DNA of 64,000 bases from Anolis carolinensis (lineage: Eukaryota). The notes beneath the pieces are model-generated. The model had not been told where the DNA came from and did no database searches. It saw only the letters and a program-made list of their open reading frames with translations. Where the stretch lies: contig NC_085843.1 in NCBI RefSeq assembly GCF_035594765.1, positions 21,219,955 to 21,283,954 of the forward strand, read 5' to 3'. Positions 36,363-50,033 of this stretch are shown here, piece after piece (positions within the stretch are counted from its first letter, which is position 1; the number at the start of each line of letters is the position of its first letter). A program made the translations under genes and the position numbers.

Positions 36363-37999
36363 AACTTATGGTGAACCCATGAATTTCAAAGTTTTTTTTC
36401 CTAAGCAAGGGATATTCTAAGTTGTTTTTGTCACTTCCTTCTTTGGCCTGTAGCCTACATTACCTAGAATTTGTTCCTTAAAAGATGTGGTTTTTACTAA
36501 TTTATGAAGATTTCAAGATTTTGTTCAAATAAGTGAATTACATATTTGGAGCAGAACCTGAGAATTTAAAAAATGCAGTTAAAATTTTCCTTGCCATTGT
36601 CCTGGTCCTTCTGAAATTCGTACCCGATAAAATGGTGCTATTGACAATGACACTTGGGTAGCATAGTACTAGATTTGCAAGCCAATGTAATAATAATAAA
36701 AAAAGATACCAGGAAGAATTTCCAGCTGGATTTCCTTAGCAGAGTAATATGATTGCAGAGGACATGTGTTAACATTCTAAAGATTATAAATCCTTTTTAC
36801 CAAAGCTGGAACGGGGGGAAATGTAGTTTCTCCTTGTAGAGCAACACCACTTTCAGCGAGCTGGAGCATTTCTGCATGCATTATATAACCTTTCATGACA
36901 CAGAAAGAACACTGTCTCCATTCACAAAGCTTCCATTAACTTCAGGAGGTCAGCACATGGCTAATGTCACTCCCCTTTGGTCTTAGATTACCTTTTAAAA
37001 ACTAATAAAGCCTAATTAAAATTCAGCTAATGTAAATCTGTATTTGGTATTCCAGCACAATTGGGTTAATGTGAGCAAGTGCAGAGGGGAGCAAAGAGCA
37101 TTGTTCAGGAGCTGCTCAGATTAGCTGAAATACTATTTCACTAAAAGCCTTTTTTAATGCAGCAGGATTTGACAAAAGCAAATAATTAGGTTTTCTTCAT
37201 TTTTAAATTGAACTTTTCTTTCTAATGGCTGCTCAGAGCTTGGGAGAGACATTGGCAGTGCAGTTTTATGAATCCACTGCAGACGGAGAGTTTGGGTTTT
37301 ACATGCTCCAAAGAAGACGATGTACAAAAGCCCATCTGCCAGAGTAGCCACTGTATTTCTAAAAGATGTCCCGCTCATTGAACAACTGAGCAAAAATTCA
37401 ACCTGTTTTCAAGGAACTTTCTCCATCAAGATTTATGGAAAACACCCCCTCCAGAATATGATATAGGTTTGAACAGTGGGATGAGATATTTATTTAATTA
37501 ATTAATCCATTTCTATCCCAATCTATAACTGCACATCAAGTAAAAAACTGAGAAAAAAACATTGTTTCTGCCTTAGACTTCACATTGCATGTTCACTTAT
37601 GGTGACCCCATAAATTTCGTAGAGCTTTCATAGTGAGCCAAGATGGTGGTTTGTCGCTGGAAAATTGCAAATTGTTGTTGAAAAGAATTATTCGTTCATA
37701 GAGGATTTCATTGTAAGGAGGAAAAACAGATATGGTTTGGGGAGTTCATGTGTTTTCCCCCCCTGTGTTCAGAAATTTCTTTTCTGTACAGAATGTATTT
37801 TCTGAGCAAAAGAAAATCATGGCAAATTTTGTGTCTCCAGCTATGGCATTTACATTGGGAAAAAGAAATCTTATTTTCTGTGCAGAAAAATACTGCTAAC
37901 TGCCCAGAAAATACAAAAGAAACCATGTGAACATTTTGTGTAGAATATCTCCTGAAGAGTGATTTGATTAGTCTTTAAAAGCTGTGCAGTTTCTTATCT

Positions 38000-38435
38000 T
38001 TATTTATTTATTTACAACATTTATATCCCGTCCTTCTCACCCTGAAGGGGACTCAGGGCAGCTTACATAGGTGGCGTTATTTAATGCCCAAACAATAACA
38101 ACAATTAAAAGCAATTAAGCAACAATTTAGAACAATTTTAAAACAACATATGAAAACATTAAAAACATAGATCCAAAGCCAGATAATCAGATAATCATAT
38201 TCATCCATCCAAAGCCAATTCCAACTATATTGCACAGGTAATTATGCTGGGCCAAATGCCTGCTCCCAAAGCCAATTGTTCACTTGTTTGCAAAATGACA
38301 GGAGGAAAGTGGCCAATCTAATCCCACTAGGGAGGGAGTTCCACAGCTGAGGGGCAACCACTGAGAAGGCTCTGTTTCTCATCCCCACTAGTCGTGCCTG
38401 TGAAGGTGGTGGGACCGAGAGCAGGGCATCTCCAT
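38000..38435 (-). mobile_element. L2 3' fragment
   Basis: RAFSVVAPQLWNSLP..FCKQVNNWLWEQAF and L2 tail. Confidence 0.85.
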
Positions 38436-38682
38436 ATAGTGAGTAATGCATTGCTTATGTTTGTCACTGATTTCATTATTCATAGACAAAATTGGGAATT
38501 TCATCCTTACAATGGGTGCAGAGGTTTGCATGACTTGTCCAGTCTCTGTTCCTGGAAACAACAAAGGGCAATGTCATGGAAAGTCTACATTAGAATAAAG
38601 TAATCTATTAATAGAACATCTGGAATCCCCAGAGTGTTCTAGAAATGGATTTCTTTCTGAAATTGGTTGTTTTCAGTACTGT

Positions 38683-39003
38683 CAGAGAGTAGGATCTTCT
38701 GGGGAGGCCCTGCTTTCAGTCCCACCTCCTTCGCAAGCACCGTTGGTGGGGATAAGTGACAGGGCCTTCTCAATGGTGGCCCCTTGGCTGTGGAACTCCC
38801 TCTCCAGTGATATTTGATCAGATTCTTCCTTTCCAGCCTTCAGAAAGAAAGTAAAAACCTGGCTATGGCTGGTGAGTGCCTTCGAATAGTGAGTGTAGTA
38901 CAATGAACGAATGTAGAATTGTGCAATGACAACTGGAATGGCTCTGGATTACGATGTTGGACTCCATGGTGTCAATATTTGATGTAATGCTTAGATGTTT
39001 AAT
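38683..39003 (+). mobile_element. L2 3' fragment interrupted by Penelope
   Basis: AGGGCCTTCTCAATGGTGGCCCCTTGGCTGTGGAACTCCCTC (RAFS.VAP.LWNSL). Confidence 0.8.
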
Positions 39004-39004
39004 T

Positions 39005-41450
39005 GGGGAGGGGCAGTGGTGCTACTAAATAGAATTGACTATGTTAAGGAAGTAGAGAGGCATCTTTCTAATACTCTGTTCTATAAATGTATTCCTCAAG
39101 ATCCCATTAATAAAATTAAATCCCTCATTCGCATAGTTTGTACTGAAGGTCTCTCATTGGGATATATCTCATTGCAGACATATGAGTTCCTTCAGAATCA
39201 ATTCCCAAGAACACCAGTATTTTATGTTCTGCCTAAAATCCACAAGGGAACCATTCCTCCTCCAGGGAGACCTATTGTTTCAGGTACTGCATCTATTTTG
39301 GAACCTATAGCTCAATTTATTGACCATTTCTTACAACCCTTTGTACCATTAAATACATCATTCATCAAAGATACTAAACACTTTATCAATATAGTAGAAG
39401 CTCTTACTATACCTGAGCGAGCCATACTTATGACCTTAGATATTGAAGCTCTTTATACCAATATTCCATTAGATGAAGCTAGGTCAGTGGTTAAAGACAT
39501 ACTTGATACATGCAAATCCTTGGTTCCTCCTACCCACTTCCTAATGGACCTCCTAGACATTGTGTTAGAATATAACTATTTTAGTTTTGATAAACAATTT
39601 TATTTGCAAACTTTTGGGATAGCCATGGGCAGTCCTCTTGCGCCCTCTATTGCCAATTTATTTGTTTCACATTTAGAAAGTAAATTTATTTTCAATACTA
39701 CTAACAATCCATTTTTTTCGGATATTTTTTATTTCGGAAGATTTTTGGATGATATATTTATTGTTATGAGTTCACATGCCGTAGCAGACCAATTCTATAG
39801 GTGGATTAATACACTTCATAAACATATGACATTTACAAAACACTATAGCCATACCCATATTAACTTCTTGGAGGTCATGGTCTTTAAAAATGGTCAAAAA
39901 CTATTAGTAAAAAATTATAGTAAACCAACAGTAAGAATTTTATCCTACATTTTTCCAGTTTTCATCATCATTTTCTTAAATCCAATTTACCATTCTCACA
40001 GTTTCTAAGATTAAAACGGAATTCTAGCACTCAAGAGGACTTCGAATCTACGGCAGGAATCCTGAAAAAACAACTCAGAGAAAGAGGATACCCTAATAGG
40101 ATACTCAACACAGCCATGAGTAAAGCCAACTCCATCAATAGAAGTGAGCTACTACAGGAACAACCAAAGAAATGTAATAACCGTATAATTTGGCCTCTGA
40201 CCTTGACACAATATTCATCTAAAATTTCTAGGATTATTTCAAAACACTGGCATTTATTAGAAGACATTCCTGGTTGCCAAAACAAACCTATAATTGCACA
40301 TAAAAGATCTAGAAATTTAAGAGATCTTATGATCCATTCAGAATACAACTCTCCTACTACATTCCATAAACCTACCACTAAGGGTCACACTAGCTGTGGC
40401 CACTGCAACTGTTGTCAACAATCACTTAAGGGCAAAATATACTCTCATCCAACACTTAAAATTAATATCACATTGCAACATTTGACAACATGTTCTACTG
40501 ATAATGTAGTGTACGTACTACAATGCCCATGTAAACTACTTTATATCGGAATAACTACCAGACCCCTTAAAACTAGGATAAGCGAACATCGTTCACGCAT
40601 AAGAAATGGGTCCACTGACTCTTCACTGTATGTACACTTTAACGAAAAAGCCCATCTGTACTATAGCTTTAAATTTTGCGCTTTGGAAAAAGTATTGCCC
40701 ATACCAAATACAGATGTAAAAAAACTTCTTCTACAAAGAGAATCCTTTTGGATTTTTAAACTACAAACACTATTTCCTCAGGGGCTAAATGATAGAATCG
40801 AATACACCTGTTTTCTGTAATATGTTCTTTACTTAAGAGGCATCCTGGAAATCTTTCATTTGCTCGTTATAGAGCTCCACTTCAAACAGAGCCGGTATCA
40901 TTGATAAGAATGTGAGTAGAGAGGTGTGTTTTTATTATATTGTTTATCATAACCTTTCCTTAGTAACGTTAATATGGGAGTTTCATATATCTATTGTGTA
41001 TGTTATTTTTACTCCTTTATTTAGCATACTGAGTACAATTTGATTAAAACACAACACCCGAGGAAGTGAAAACGAAACAAGGGGAACATTGTTGTGTGTA
41101 TATCATTTCCTGGCATTGCTATCTACACGAAGAATTCCTTTGAACGTGTATCATTTCTTGGCATTGCAAACCAAAAGAAGAATTCCTTTGAACATAAAAA
41201 CTATTATTTTGGAGACTGAAAAACTTTACTTCAAGTGATAAGGACCAAAGACTCCACGCAACTCCAGGAAACATATTGACTGGTTGTCTCTTTATGTCCT
41301 TCAATAATATATGGTGTTAAGATTATAACATGAAATTGTACCATTGTGGATGATATTTTGAAAGCTATTATTTTGATGAGAAATATTCTAATATAGAGCT
41401 GTTAGAATATTGAGTTGTATTATAATTTGTGGGAATTTGTAAGTGTATAT
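39005..41450 (+). mobile_element. Penelope-like element, Neptune-type (RT + Cys linker + GIY-YIG), 5'-truncated
   Basis: GGAVV, FYVLPKIHK, PGRPIVS, LDIEALYTNIP, GIAMGS, RFLDDIF; 1-nt deletion at about 39930 (KPT[D]KN); CGHCNC linker; VVYVLQCPCKLLYIGIT..RISEH..HF..RESFWI..GLN; stop at 40820. The 3' boundary is approximate. Confidence 0.95.
41054..41097 (+). ncRNA. Minimal type-I hammerhead ribozyme-like motif (variant core)
   Basis: Stem I ACAC/GUGU, core CCGAGGA (for CUGANGA), stem II GU-GAAA-AC, GAAA, stem III ACAA/UUGU, GUU triplet; located in the PLE pLTR. Confidence 0.7.
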
Positions 41451-43689
41451 ACACATACACTTTGCTCTACATTATTATAGATATTGTGCATCATTCGCAT
41501 AGGAACTTCTTTCCACAGGAAGGCTTTATCTTTTGTTGCAGCTATTTGCAGCATTCACAGCTCTCTCCAGAATCTTCCAATTCACCATACATCATCACAT
41601 CACCCAACTCCAACTTATTCTGTGGGAGTTCTTATATACACTTGCATTATACAATATTCCATTTATGCATTCATTATCTTATACACCTGATGCAAATCTA
41701 ACTTCAGGATTTTATTATCCTCATGCATAATCACTGTAACTGTGACGCAGCACTTACAATACTTAAAGTAACCCAGCATTTTTAAAACTCCAACATTTGC
41801 TATGGCATGACAGGAGGTTTTCTAATGCAATATGGGATGCATACCATTAACAATACACTGAATTGATTAAAAATGATTTCTTCTGAATAGACATATACAG
41901 AATCGCGGCATTCAAAGCTTCACATCCAGTACTAACAACTAATAGTTCAGCTCAGAATAAGACTAAATGAGTCACTTCTGTACAGCAATATTGTGAATAA
42001 TAAATCAAAAATTTAATTAACAGTAGTTTTTTAAAACTTAGGCGGTGTTTAACTCAGCTTCAATTATTTATCTTTGTAGCTAATGTGGGGGAGGGGAGTT
42101 TAATACATTTTATTTATACTCCTTCCTTAAATCCTTGTTAGAAGATAATGAATTCTCATTTTTCTCAAAGTGGTATTGTCAACACAATGACCTCAATTCT
42201 GTTGAGCTCACAATGCTTTTGTTACACATATTATGAAAAGGGGTGAAATTCATTAATTAGTGCCTTCTAAATTTCATAGTTATCTGCACTTTCACTTATA
42301 TTATTGTAGTTGAATTTACATCCATCTGGGCCTGTGAGAAACATGCTAGATTGCCTAGAAATCCACAGAATATTCATAAAAATTTTGTAGCTGAGTGAAC
42401 TCGATAGCACTGAGAGCCCCATAGAAAAAGAGTACATCAATCCAAATCCCCAAGAATGATTGTATTGTTTATGGATGTAGATGTTTCTAGCTCCATTAAA
42501 TAAGCATGTTTCTATTAACTAGAGGAGGAACAAAGTTTCATTCTAGAAGGTAATATAGGAGAAGGATTTAAAATTGCTTGCAGTCCAGCTACTATATGGC
42601 AGACAAACTGAGCTCAGTATACTAAAGGCATTGCATACACAGAAAGGAGATGTTTTTTAAAAAAATCATCTCCAAAGAAAAAATAAATAATAAAAATTGT
42701 AGTACATATTTTAGCAATTTCCTTCTCATTGTAAGAAAGTTTTCAAAAACTTCAGTTTTCAAAGATTATTTACAGTGTGAGGTGTATTCAGCAGAGAAAA
42801 ATCATGTATGCTTCTTTATACAGAAAGTAAAATTTTAAGGACAGAAAAATGTATTTTTCTGCCCAGAACAATTCACATGAAATATTGTTTTCTGCAAAGA
42901 TTCTTTTTCAGTGCAAAACAGCAATGTGCAAATTTTGTTTATAAGATGTCTCTGACTTCTCACCAGGGTTTCTAGACACTCAATGGGGTATTTCTTTGAT
43001 AATTTTAAACATTTTTGAATTGTTGCCATGCCTAATGTGTAAGACATAATGCATTCAGACAGTTGATAAAGGAAGCAAATTCTATTTTGCCCAGAAAGGG
43101 AGACAAGGGAGACAAAGCACACACCACCAAATGCAAATTTGGAAATCATTATTAACTTATCGCTAAGAAACCTAACTCTATGTCAGGAGTCAAAAATATA
43201 ACTAGTTGCTTGCAAATTGTTAAGCTATTGTGAAAGGAAAACAGATAGAAACTGATTCTGCAAAATGTGAGAAAATAAAGGGCCTCAAGGCTAGAAGAGG
43301 ATTGAACTTTATGTTTCAGAAGTCTTTTTCATGGTTATATGTTGCCTATCTGGATTCATTATCAAGAACAATGCTTCACCAACACACATGATCATCATCA
43401 GTAACTATATTTATTTATTTATTTATTTACTTCATTTCTACCTGGTCCTTTTCACCCAAAGGGACTCAAGGCAGCTGTGGTTTATATCCCAAACATTCCT
43501 ATTCCCCGCCTCTACCCCCCTAAATCAAACAATAAATAAGAAACCAGAACCTGCAGAAATAATAGAGTCCATCAAAAGTATAGTAAAAACAGAAGGGGAG
43601 AAAAATGTCAATATTAATCTCAATACAAGACAAAATCAAAGTATATGACACATTTTCCCTCATGTAGCATCTTTGTTGCTTGGAATATT

Positions 43690-44300
43690 TTTGAGGCATT
43701 CAGTCTGTGTAAATGTGTCAGGAAAAATAAAATACAAATATAAGAAGAGTGACACCTGACTTGAAAGCGGAACAAATTGAAATATTTGGTGATCTTAGGA
43801 GACCACAAATTAAACGTGAGTCAATAGTTTGATGCAACAGCCTCCCCCCCCCCCCCCAAAAAAAAACACACACACACACTAAAGCACTCATCTAGGTTGC
43901 ACCAATATTGTCCATATTAAGGGAAATAGTGATGCTCTTATATTCCACTCAGTATCCATATCAATACCATATCCCACAATTCAAGAATATTAATAAGTTG
44001 GAATATGTTCAGAGAAGGACAACAAATATGACCAAAGATGTGGAAATCATGCCTTATAATGAACTATTTAGGGAGTTAGCTAGTAGAAGAAAAGATTTAG
44101 AAGTGATATGATAGCTGTCAGTGTCTTTAAATATTTAAAGGGATGACATGTAGAAGTCGGTGTGGGCGTTTATGCTGCTAATACAAGAACCAATGAATAA
44201 AAATTGCAAAGAAACAGGTTTCATCTAAACATTAGGAAAAACATCTTTTCTGTAAGAGCTCCTCAGCAGAGGAACACGTTTCCCTTGAAAAGTTTGTGCT
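43690..44300 (+). mobile_element. Old CR1 3' fragment
   Basis: PQFKNINKLEYVQRRTTNM and AGGTTTCATCTAAACATTAGGAAAAAC. Confidence 0.75.
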
Positions 44301-44491
44301 GTTCTTCTTTGAACATTCTGAATAGTCTAATTTTGTTTTAACAACATTATTTGTTATTTATATGTTATAAATTATATTGCACTTGCAAACTGCATTGTGT
44401 CTGATTTTGGGGGGAAAGATGGGTTATAAATAAGGACACACCAACATACCAAAGATATTCTTTCATGAATGTAGGCGTCATTAATTCATCA

Positions 44492-44757
44492 TGGAGACCT
44501 TGGTGGTGCAATAGTTTAAACCCTTGTGCCAGCAGGACTGCTGACTGATAGGTCGGTGGTTTGACTCTGGGAAGAGTGGATGAGCTTTCTCTGTCAGCTC
44601 CAGCTCCCCATGCAGGGACACGAGAGAAGCCTCCCACAAGGATGATAAAATATCAAGCATCCGGGCGTCCCCTGAGCAACGTCCTTGCATACGGCCAATT
44701 CTCTCACACCAGAAGTGACTTGCAGTTTTTCAAGTCACTCCTGACATGAAAAAAAAA
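44492..44757 (+). mobile_element. Anolis SINE2-type SINE (tRNA head, Vingi-like tail)
   Basis: Head similar to Sauria SINE; tail hairpin AGAAGTGACTTGCAGTTTTTCAAGTCACTCCTGACA plus poly(A). Confidence 0.8.
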
Positions 44758-45519
44758 TCATGACAGTAAACAGAATGAACTAGGGGATCTAGGTGGCTCA
44801 CAAAGCTTTCATAGTAATTACCAAGCTTTCATTCTCCTTTACTATTCATGTCCTCCCAAAAGGGTATCTACATTATCTGCCCCCTTTTATCTATTTATGA
44901 AATTTTGGCAGGAGTAACTCTGAACATTTAGAGTTTCACCCATTCTCCCAACCAGCTATACATGACCCATACAACAACAGCAGGGTACATTGTTCCTGAT
45001 ATTTTGGGACCAAATTATAAAACTGTGAGGCCTTGGCAATGTCATTAAGCATATGCATGTACTACTTGCCACAATTGCTCACAGCTTGTTGTTCGAATAT
45101 ACACACACAATACTCTGTTTTGAAAAAGATCAGAAATAATCATTTCAGGATCTGTGGTTAAATGTGAGGACTATTCATTTTTATTTAAGAAGATTGGATA
45201 AGGAACACTTCATCTAACCTACTGCTTCTAGCCAGAGGGTGGATACAGAGCAGAGCCAAGGGTGATGCCTGGTGCCACAAAGACTGAGAGAGGAGGAGGA
45301 ATCAAAATAAATCCACATATTTTCAGAGATAATAACAAGTTGACGTTCTACCTACTAGGTAAGAGGTTTGCACACAGCTCTTTCCCAGAGCTGAGATCAC
45401 CCAAACTGCAGAATTTGTACCCTTGCCTCCTGTCTGGAGATGACCCACAAAAACTGTTTATTCAAACATGAATCCTGATGCTTGGTAACACTAAGCAAAA
45501 GAAAACATTTCCAAACATG

Positions 45520-45620
45520 CAAATCATATAATTGGAAGAGACCACAAGGGCCATGCAGTCCAGCTCTCTGCCATGTGGGGAAATACAATCAAAGCACCCC
45601 TGACAGATGGCCATCCCAAA
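45520..45620 (-). mobile_element. CR1 3' tip
   Basis: TTGGAAGAGACCACAAGGGCCAT..CCCTGACAGATGGCCATCC. Confidence 0.7.
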
Positions 45621-46692
45621 TTCTGAGGCAGCATAAGAATGTCATTCTTAACAGTTATTAAAAACTTCTATGATGTAGTGGAGCAGGAATTCCAATTCTT
45701 TGATTGAGGGATTGGTGAAACATCATCCACAAAAGATGAATAGTCAGTAGAATCAATGTGATTTATTTTAACTTTTGCTCCAGGTTTTTGTTTTAGTTAA
45801 AGCACAAGATGGCTTTTTTTAAAAAAAATAAAAATAAAAATGCACCAGTATATTTAGATACAGCTCAGCCAAATATTAACATGAAAAGATCATTGCACAT
45901 TTTTCTTCAAGTTTAAAGAGAATAATCATGCTTTAAATCAGTGTAGCCAGCATGTGTGAGCACAGCTGACACTGACTAGTGTTGGCAAATATGGAGACTT
46001 GGCCAAGACCAACGTCATTTTGTAAATGTCATTGTATGATATCACCAGAGGGAATTGTCATCTCTTTTCATCGACAGATACAAGATTGTAATTAGAACTG
46101 AGTGACAGGGTGTGGTTCCTCTTTGATGAAGGAAGTTTTTCACCCACTGTCAAAATAACTCTCTGTAAGAATAATTTTCCCCCTTCAAAGTCTTTCTTGT
46201 CCTGGAACCATTTTGCATCAAGAAGAATGAGGGGAATGAAAAATATGGTTGCCTAGTGATAAAAGAGAAAGGGAAAAGGAGATACTCTGAATTTTGGAGA
46301 TAATAAATATTAGAGTACTATAAAATTGTCAAGTTGACAGACAGACATCCATTTCAGGGAAATGTTAATAGGTTTCCTGCTGTGTAAGTGAGTGTGGTAT
46401 AAAGTAGGAATTCCAAGGACAAAAATCAATACTCCTAAAAAAGAGAGAAAAATTACTTTATCTATGTTTAATTGTTAGCGTGGGAAAGGATAAATAGATA
46501 AAATTAAACTAAATCCAAGTGAGGGAAGAGTAAAAATGATGAATTTAATGAATAAAAATTCTCTAGATTAAACAGGATTTCAGAGAGTATATTTAAACAA
46601 GAGAATTGTGATCATTTTTTAACTGAACCAGAAAAGAATTTGGGTCCTTGAGTAAAGAGTAAATCCATGTATGTCAATTATCATGCAATTAA

Positions 46693-47003
46693 CCCTGGTG
46701 TGTTAAAGCGCTGAGCTGCTGAACTTGCGGACCAAAAGGTCCCAGGTTCAAATCCCGGGAGCGGAATGAGCGCCCGCTGTTAGCCCCAGCTCCTGCCAAC
46801 CTAGCAGTTCGAAAACATGCCAGTGTGAGTAGATCAATAGGTTCCGGCGGGAAGGTAACGGTGCTCCATGCAGTCATGCTGGCCACATGGCATTGGAGGT
46901 GTCTATGGACAACACCAGCTCTTCGGCTTAGAAATGGAGATGAGCACCAACCCCCAGAGTTAGTCATGACTGGACTTAACGTCAGGGGAAAACCTTTACC
47001 TTT
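46693..47003 (+). mobile_element. Sauria SINE
   Basis: B box GGTTCAAATCC, SINE body, (ACCTTT)n tail. Confidence 0.92.
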
Positions 47004-47244
47004 ATAGTTTTTTAAAAAACCTGTAACAAAATTATCAAATCACAAAACAGATAATTATTTTTTTTTTTACAAAAATACATCTAGAACATGCATATGATTG
47101 TTAAAATAATGACAACATCAAAATTAATTGCAATCACCTTAATAGCACCCAATAAAGTCTTAACATGAGCAAGGTTCATATGTTTCCCTGTATGAATGTT
47201 CACAATGTGAGTGGCGTCCACTTATGGACACATCACACTACACA

Positions 47245-47645
47245 TTATTTACGGTATTTACAGCATTTATATTCTGCCCTTCTCATCCCTTAGGGGACTT
47301 AGGGCGGATCACAACACACACATACACAGCAAACATTCAATGCCATTGGACATACATGACAGACAAGCAGATAGAGGTATATCCGCATTTTTTCCAACTT
47401 TGGCATCTGGAAGTTATGCTGACTCCGGCCACAGGAGATGCTGTTCTTTTATTGCCAGCATTTTTATGGTGTCATAAAATACCTCCACACTAAGTGGTGC
47501 CTAATGTTTCTACTCACAGCTCAGCTGTTTTCTAATTGCTTAGGTGGGCCAACAGTCGGGTGCTCACTCCGACTCAGGCTTTGAACTACCAGCCTTCTGG
47601 TTGGCAATGATCTATTGCTGCTGGTGATTAATCAGCTGTGCCCAG
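47245..47645 (-). mobile_element. SINE with Sauria-like head and L2-like tail
   Basis: L2 stem-loop (CTGCCCTTCTCATCCC..GGGGACTTAGGGCGG) joined to CTACTCACAGC..GTTTTCTAATTGCT..GCTCACTCCGAC..TTGAAC. Confidence 0.6.
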
Positions 47646-48879
47646 CCCACTTACAATTCTACAGATAGCAATGGAAGGGGAATTGCTCAGGCACCAATGT
47701 GCTTGTATTAACACATTGCAAAGGTGCATTGCATACTGTCGGTTGCACATTGTATTGCAGTTTCACATCACATTTTGTGCATTGAGGCCATGCATCACAT
47801 TAGGCAATGGCACATAGACACTGGAATATGTTGTGCAGTATTGCTATTGCATAGGGGCTATAGTCATGCTCACATAATATCTCTGTGTGCAAAAGTAGGT
47901 TTACAGCTGAACATTAAAGGAGAAAGAATAACAGCCACAGATTGTTTACATAACAGATTAAAAACATACAGTGCCATAGCAAGGTATGCCAAAAAAAGTG
48001 GGAACCAGGTCAGGTGCTAGTAGTGGATTTTCTTGACAAGATGGTAGCTGATCAAGGCATGGGATCTGATTTTTTATTGTGTATGTTCAAATGAAATGAG
48101 CCAAAACTCCCAGTGTGTCACAAATATAGTAGACTCTTAGTCTACCCTCAGTCTACTGAGTCTACTACTCAGTCATCTTAATTTGCTTTTAATTACTGTT
48201 TATCAATATTAATATCAAGGCAATGCAGAATTTATGGTATGGTACAGTATTAGGTGTATTTTAATAATAACTCTCAAGAAACCCAAAATTACATTTATCC
48301 AGTATCTACCAATCCCATGGGTGGCAGTTAACTGAGAATTTACTGCATATATATGTTACATTACATCCAAATTTTATCATTCTTTGAGAAGACCCATTGA
48401 AATCAGTAGGACTTAAGAAATAACTGAGGATGAATAATTATAACAACCAGTTTACAACTTATTCTAACCTGTGTGTGTATATATATATCTGATTCCCCAC
48501 CTTTCCGGTACTTATTTCTAACTCTCTCAGTTTGACATTCCATTCAGCAATCTGCCCTGTAGGGTGTATTTCCCAGCTGTCATGATAAATCATTTCAAAT
48601 AAAATAAAAGCTATCAAAATCATTATTCTTATGAACAGTACAGAGCTGTCCTTGCTTATCCATGCAGTACTGCAGGAATTTCCAGTTGTCTTACTGCTTA
48701 CCTGTGGCTTTAGCAAGCTTGCTGATATCATGGTACATTGAACATCTTGCTGAGAACCATGCTTGCTATGAAGTCTAAATTCGGGATTGCTACCTTTCAT
48801 TATTTCAGATGTGCTGCTTTATTCCAGTCAAATTGCTGTGCCAGATAAGGCTGTTCTATAGTAAGGAAGGGTTTTTTTA

Positions 48880-48921
<42 letters not shown>

Positions 48922-49898
48922 TCAAAAATGGTTTATTGATATGCTGCTTGAATAACTTGCTCCAGCAAGATGTCGAACTTTATTTATTTTGTGATATGTC
49001 AGCTCAAGATTAGTAGAATTAATCAATATAACAAGAAGTTAGTAAGGGATGAGCTTTGTACACTGTTATTTTATTTTATTTTTTAAAAAGGATTAATTTT
49101 ATAGGCAGTGGATGAAATACCTTAAAGGAGCCTCAATCTTTTGATCTTTTTAGAAATTACAACCCATTTAGAGCAAGATAAATGTAAAATGCCATTTTTA
49201 TCTAATTATTGCTAGGCTACAAAATTCAAGGCCATTTTGAAAAGATAAACTAATCTGGTGAATGTGTTTCCTGCAATTTGGGAGAACATATTCCCTGTCG
49301 TATCTCTTCTAACCAGGATAACTGAGTGCATACAACATTCCTTGATGTCTAATAATGTGCATATTGAGAGTAACTCCCCAAGACCTTTTGTGGATGCTAA
49401 TCGCTCAGTCAGTAAGAGCTATGTGTGGAGGGCGTAGGGCGGGGGGGGGGGGGGGGTAAATGCATTCTGAATTTTAATCTAAATTTTAATGGCACTGACT
49501 CCTGTAGTACTTTGGATACCCATTTATTAGATGGACTCAATCTCAAAAGTGTTCACAATTCCAGTAGCATTTGAGCTGCTTCCACTACACTTATTAATAG
49601 CTCCCTTATCATTGGAGAAAAAAATGAAATACAGTCACTTCCACACATTCACTGGGGTTAGGGGAACAGAATGTCCATAAAAATGAACTTCTGCAAAAAA
49701 AAATAATAATTACCTGATAGAATACTTCATTAGGAATCTCCAGGTTGTCCAGCACAAGTCTATGATTAACATCCACTGGAATTCTACTCTAAACAATCTA
49801 GAGATTTCTAGAGAGACATTTTCTGTAAATTCAGTGTAATTCTACACAGGACAATATGGAGAATTCTAGCGAGGCATTCTCTGAAATAATGTCTAGGT

Positions 49899-50033
49899 CA
49901 GTGGTTCTCAACCTTTGGGTTCCCAGATGTTTTAGTCTTCAACTCCCAGAAATCTTAACAGCTGGTAAACTGGCTAGGGTTTCTGGGAGTTGTAGGCCAA
50001 AACACCTGGGGACTCACAGGTTGAGAACCACTG
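49899..50033. mobile_element. hAT-Charlie MITE nested in an older Tigger-like element (about 49632-50190)
   Basis: Perfect 8-bp TSD GTCTAGGT. Confidence 0.92.

Noticed and set aside
37700-37950. CAGAAA/TTTCTG-rich blocks (also 42640-42950 and 33750-33860)
   Set aside because: Probably decayed hAT subterminal repeats; the boundaries cannot be supported.
40370-41000. Selenocysteine/SECIS use, as reported for some Penelope-like elements
   Set aside because: All linker and endonuclease cysteines are TGT/TGC, there is no in-frame TGA, and I see no evident SECIS.
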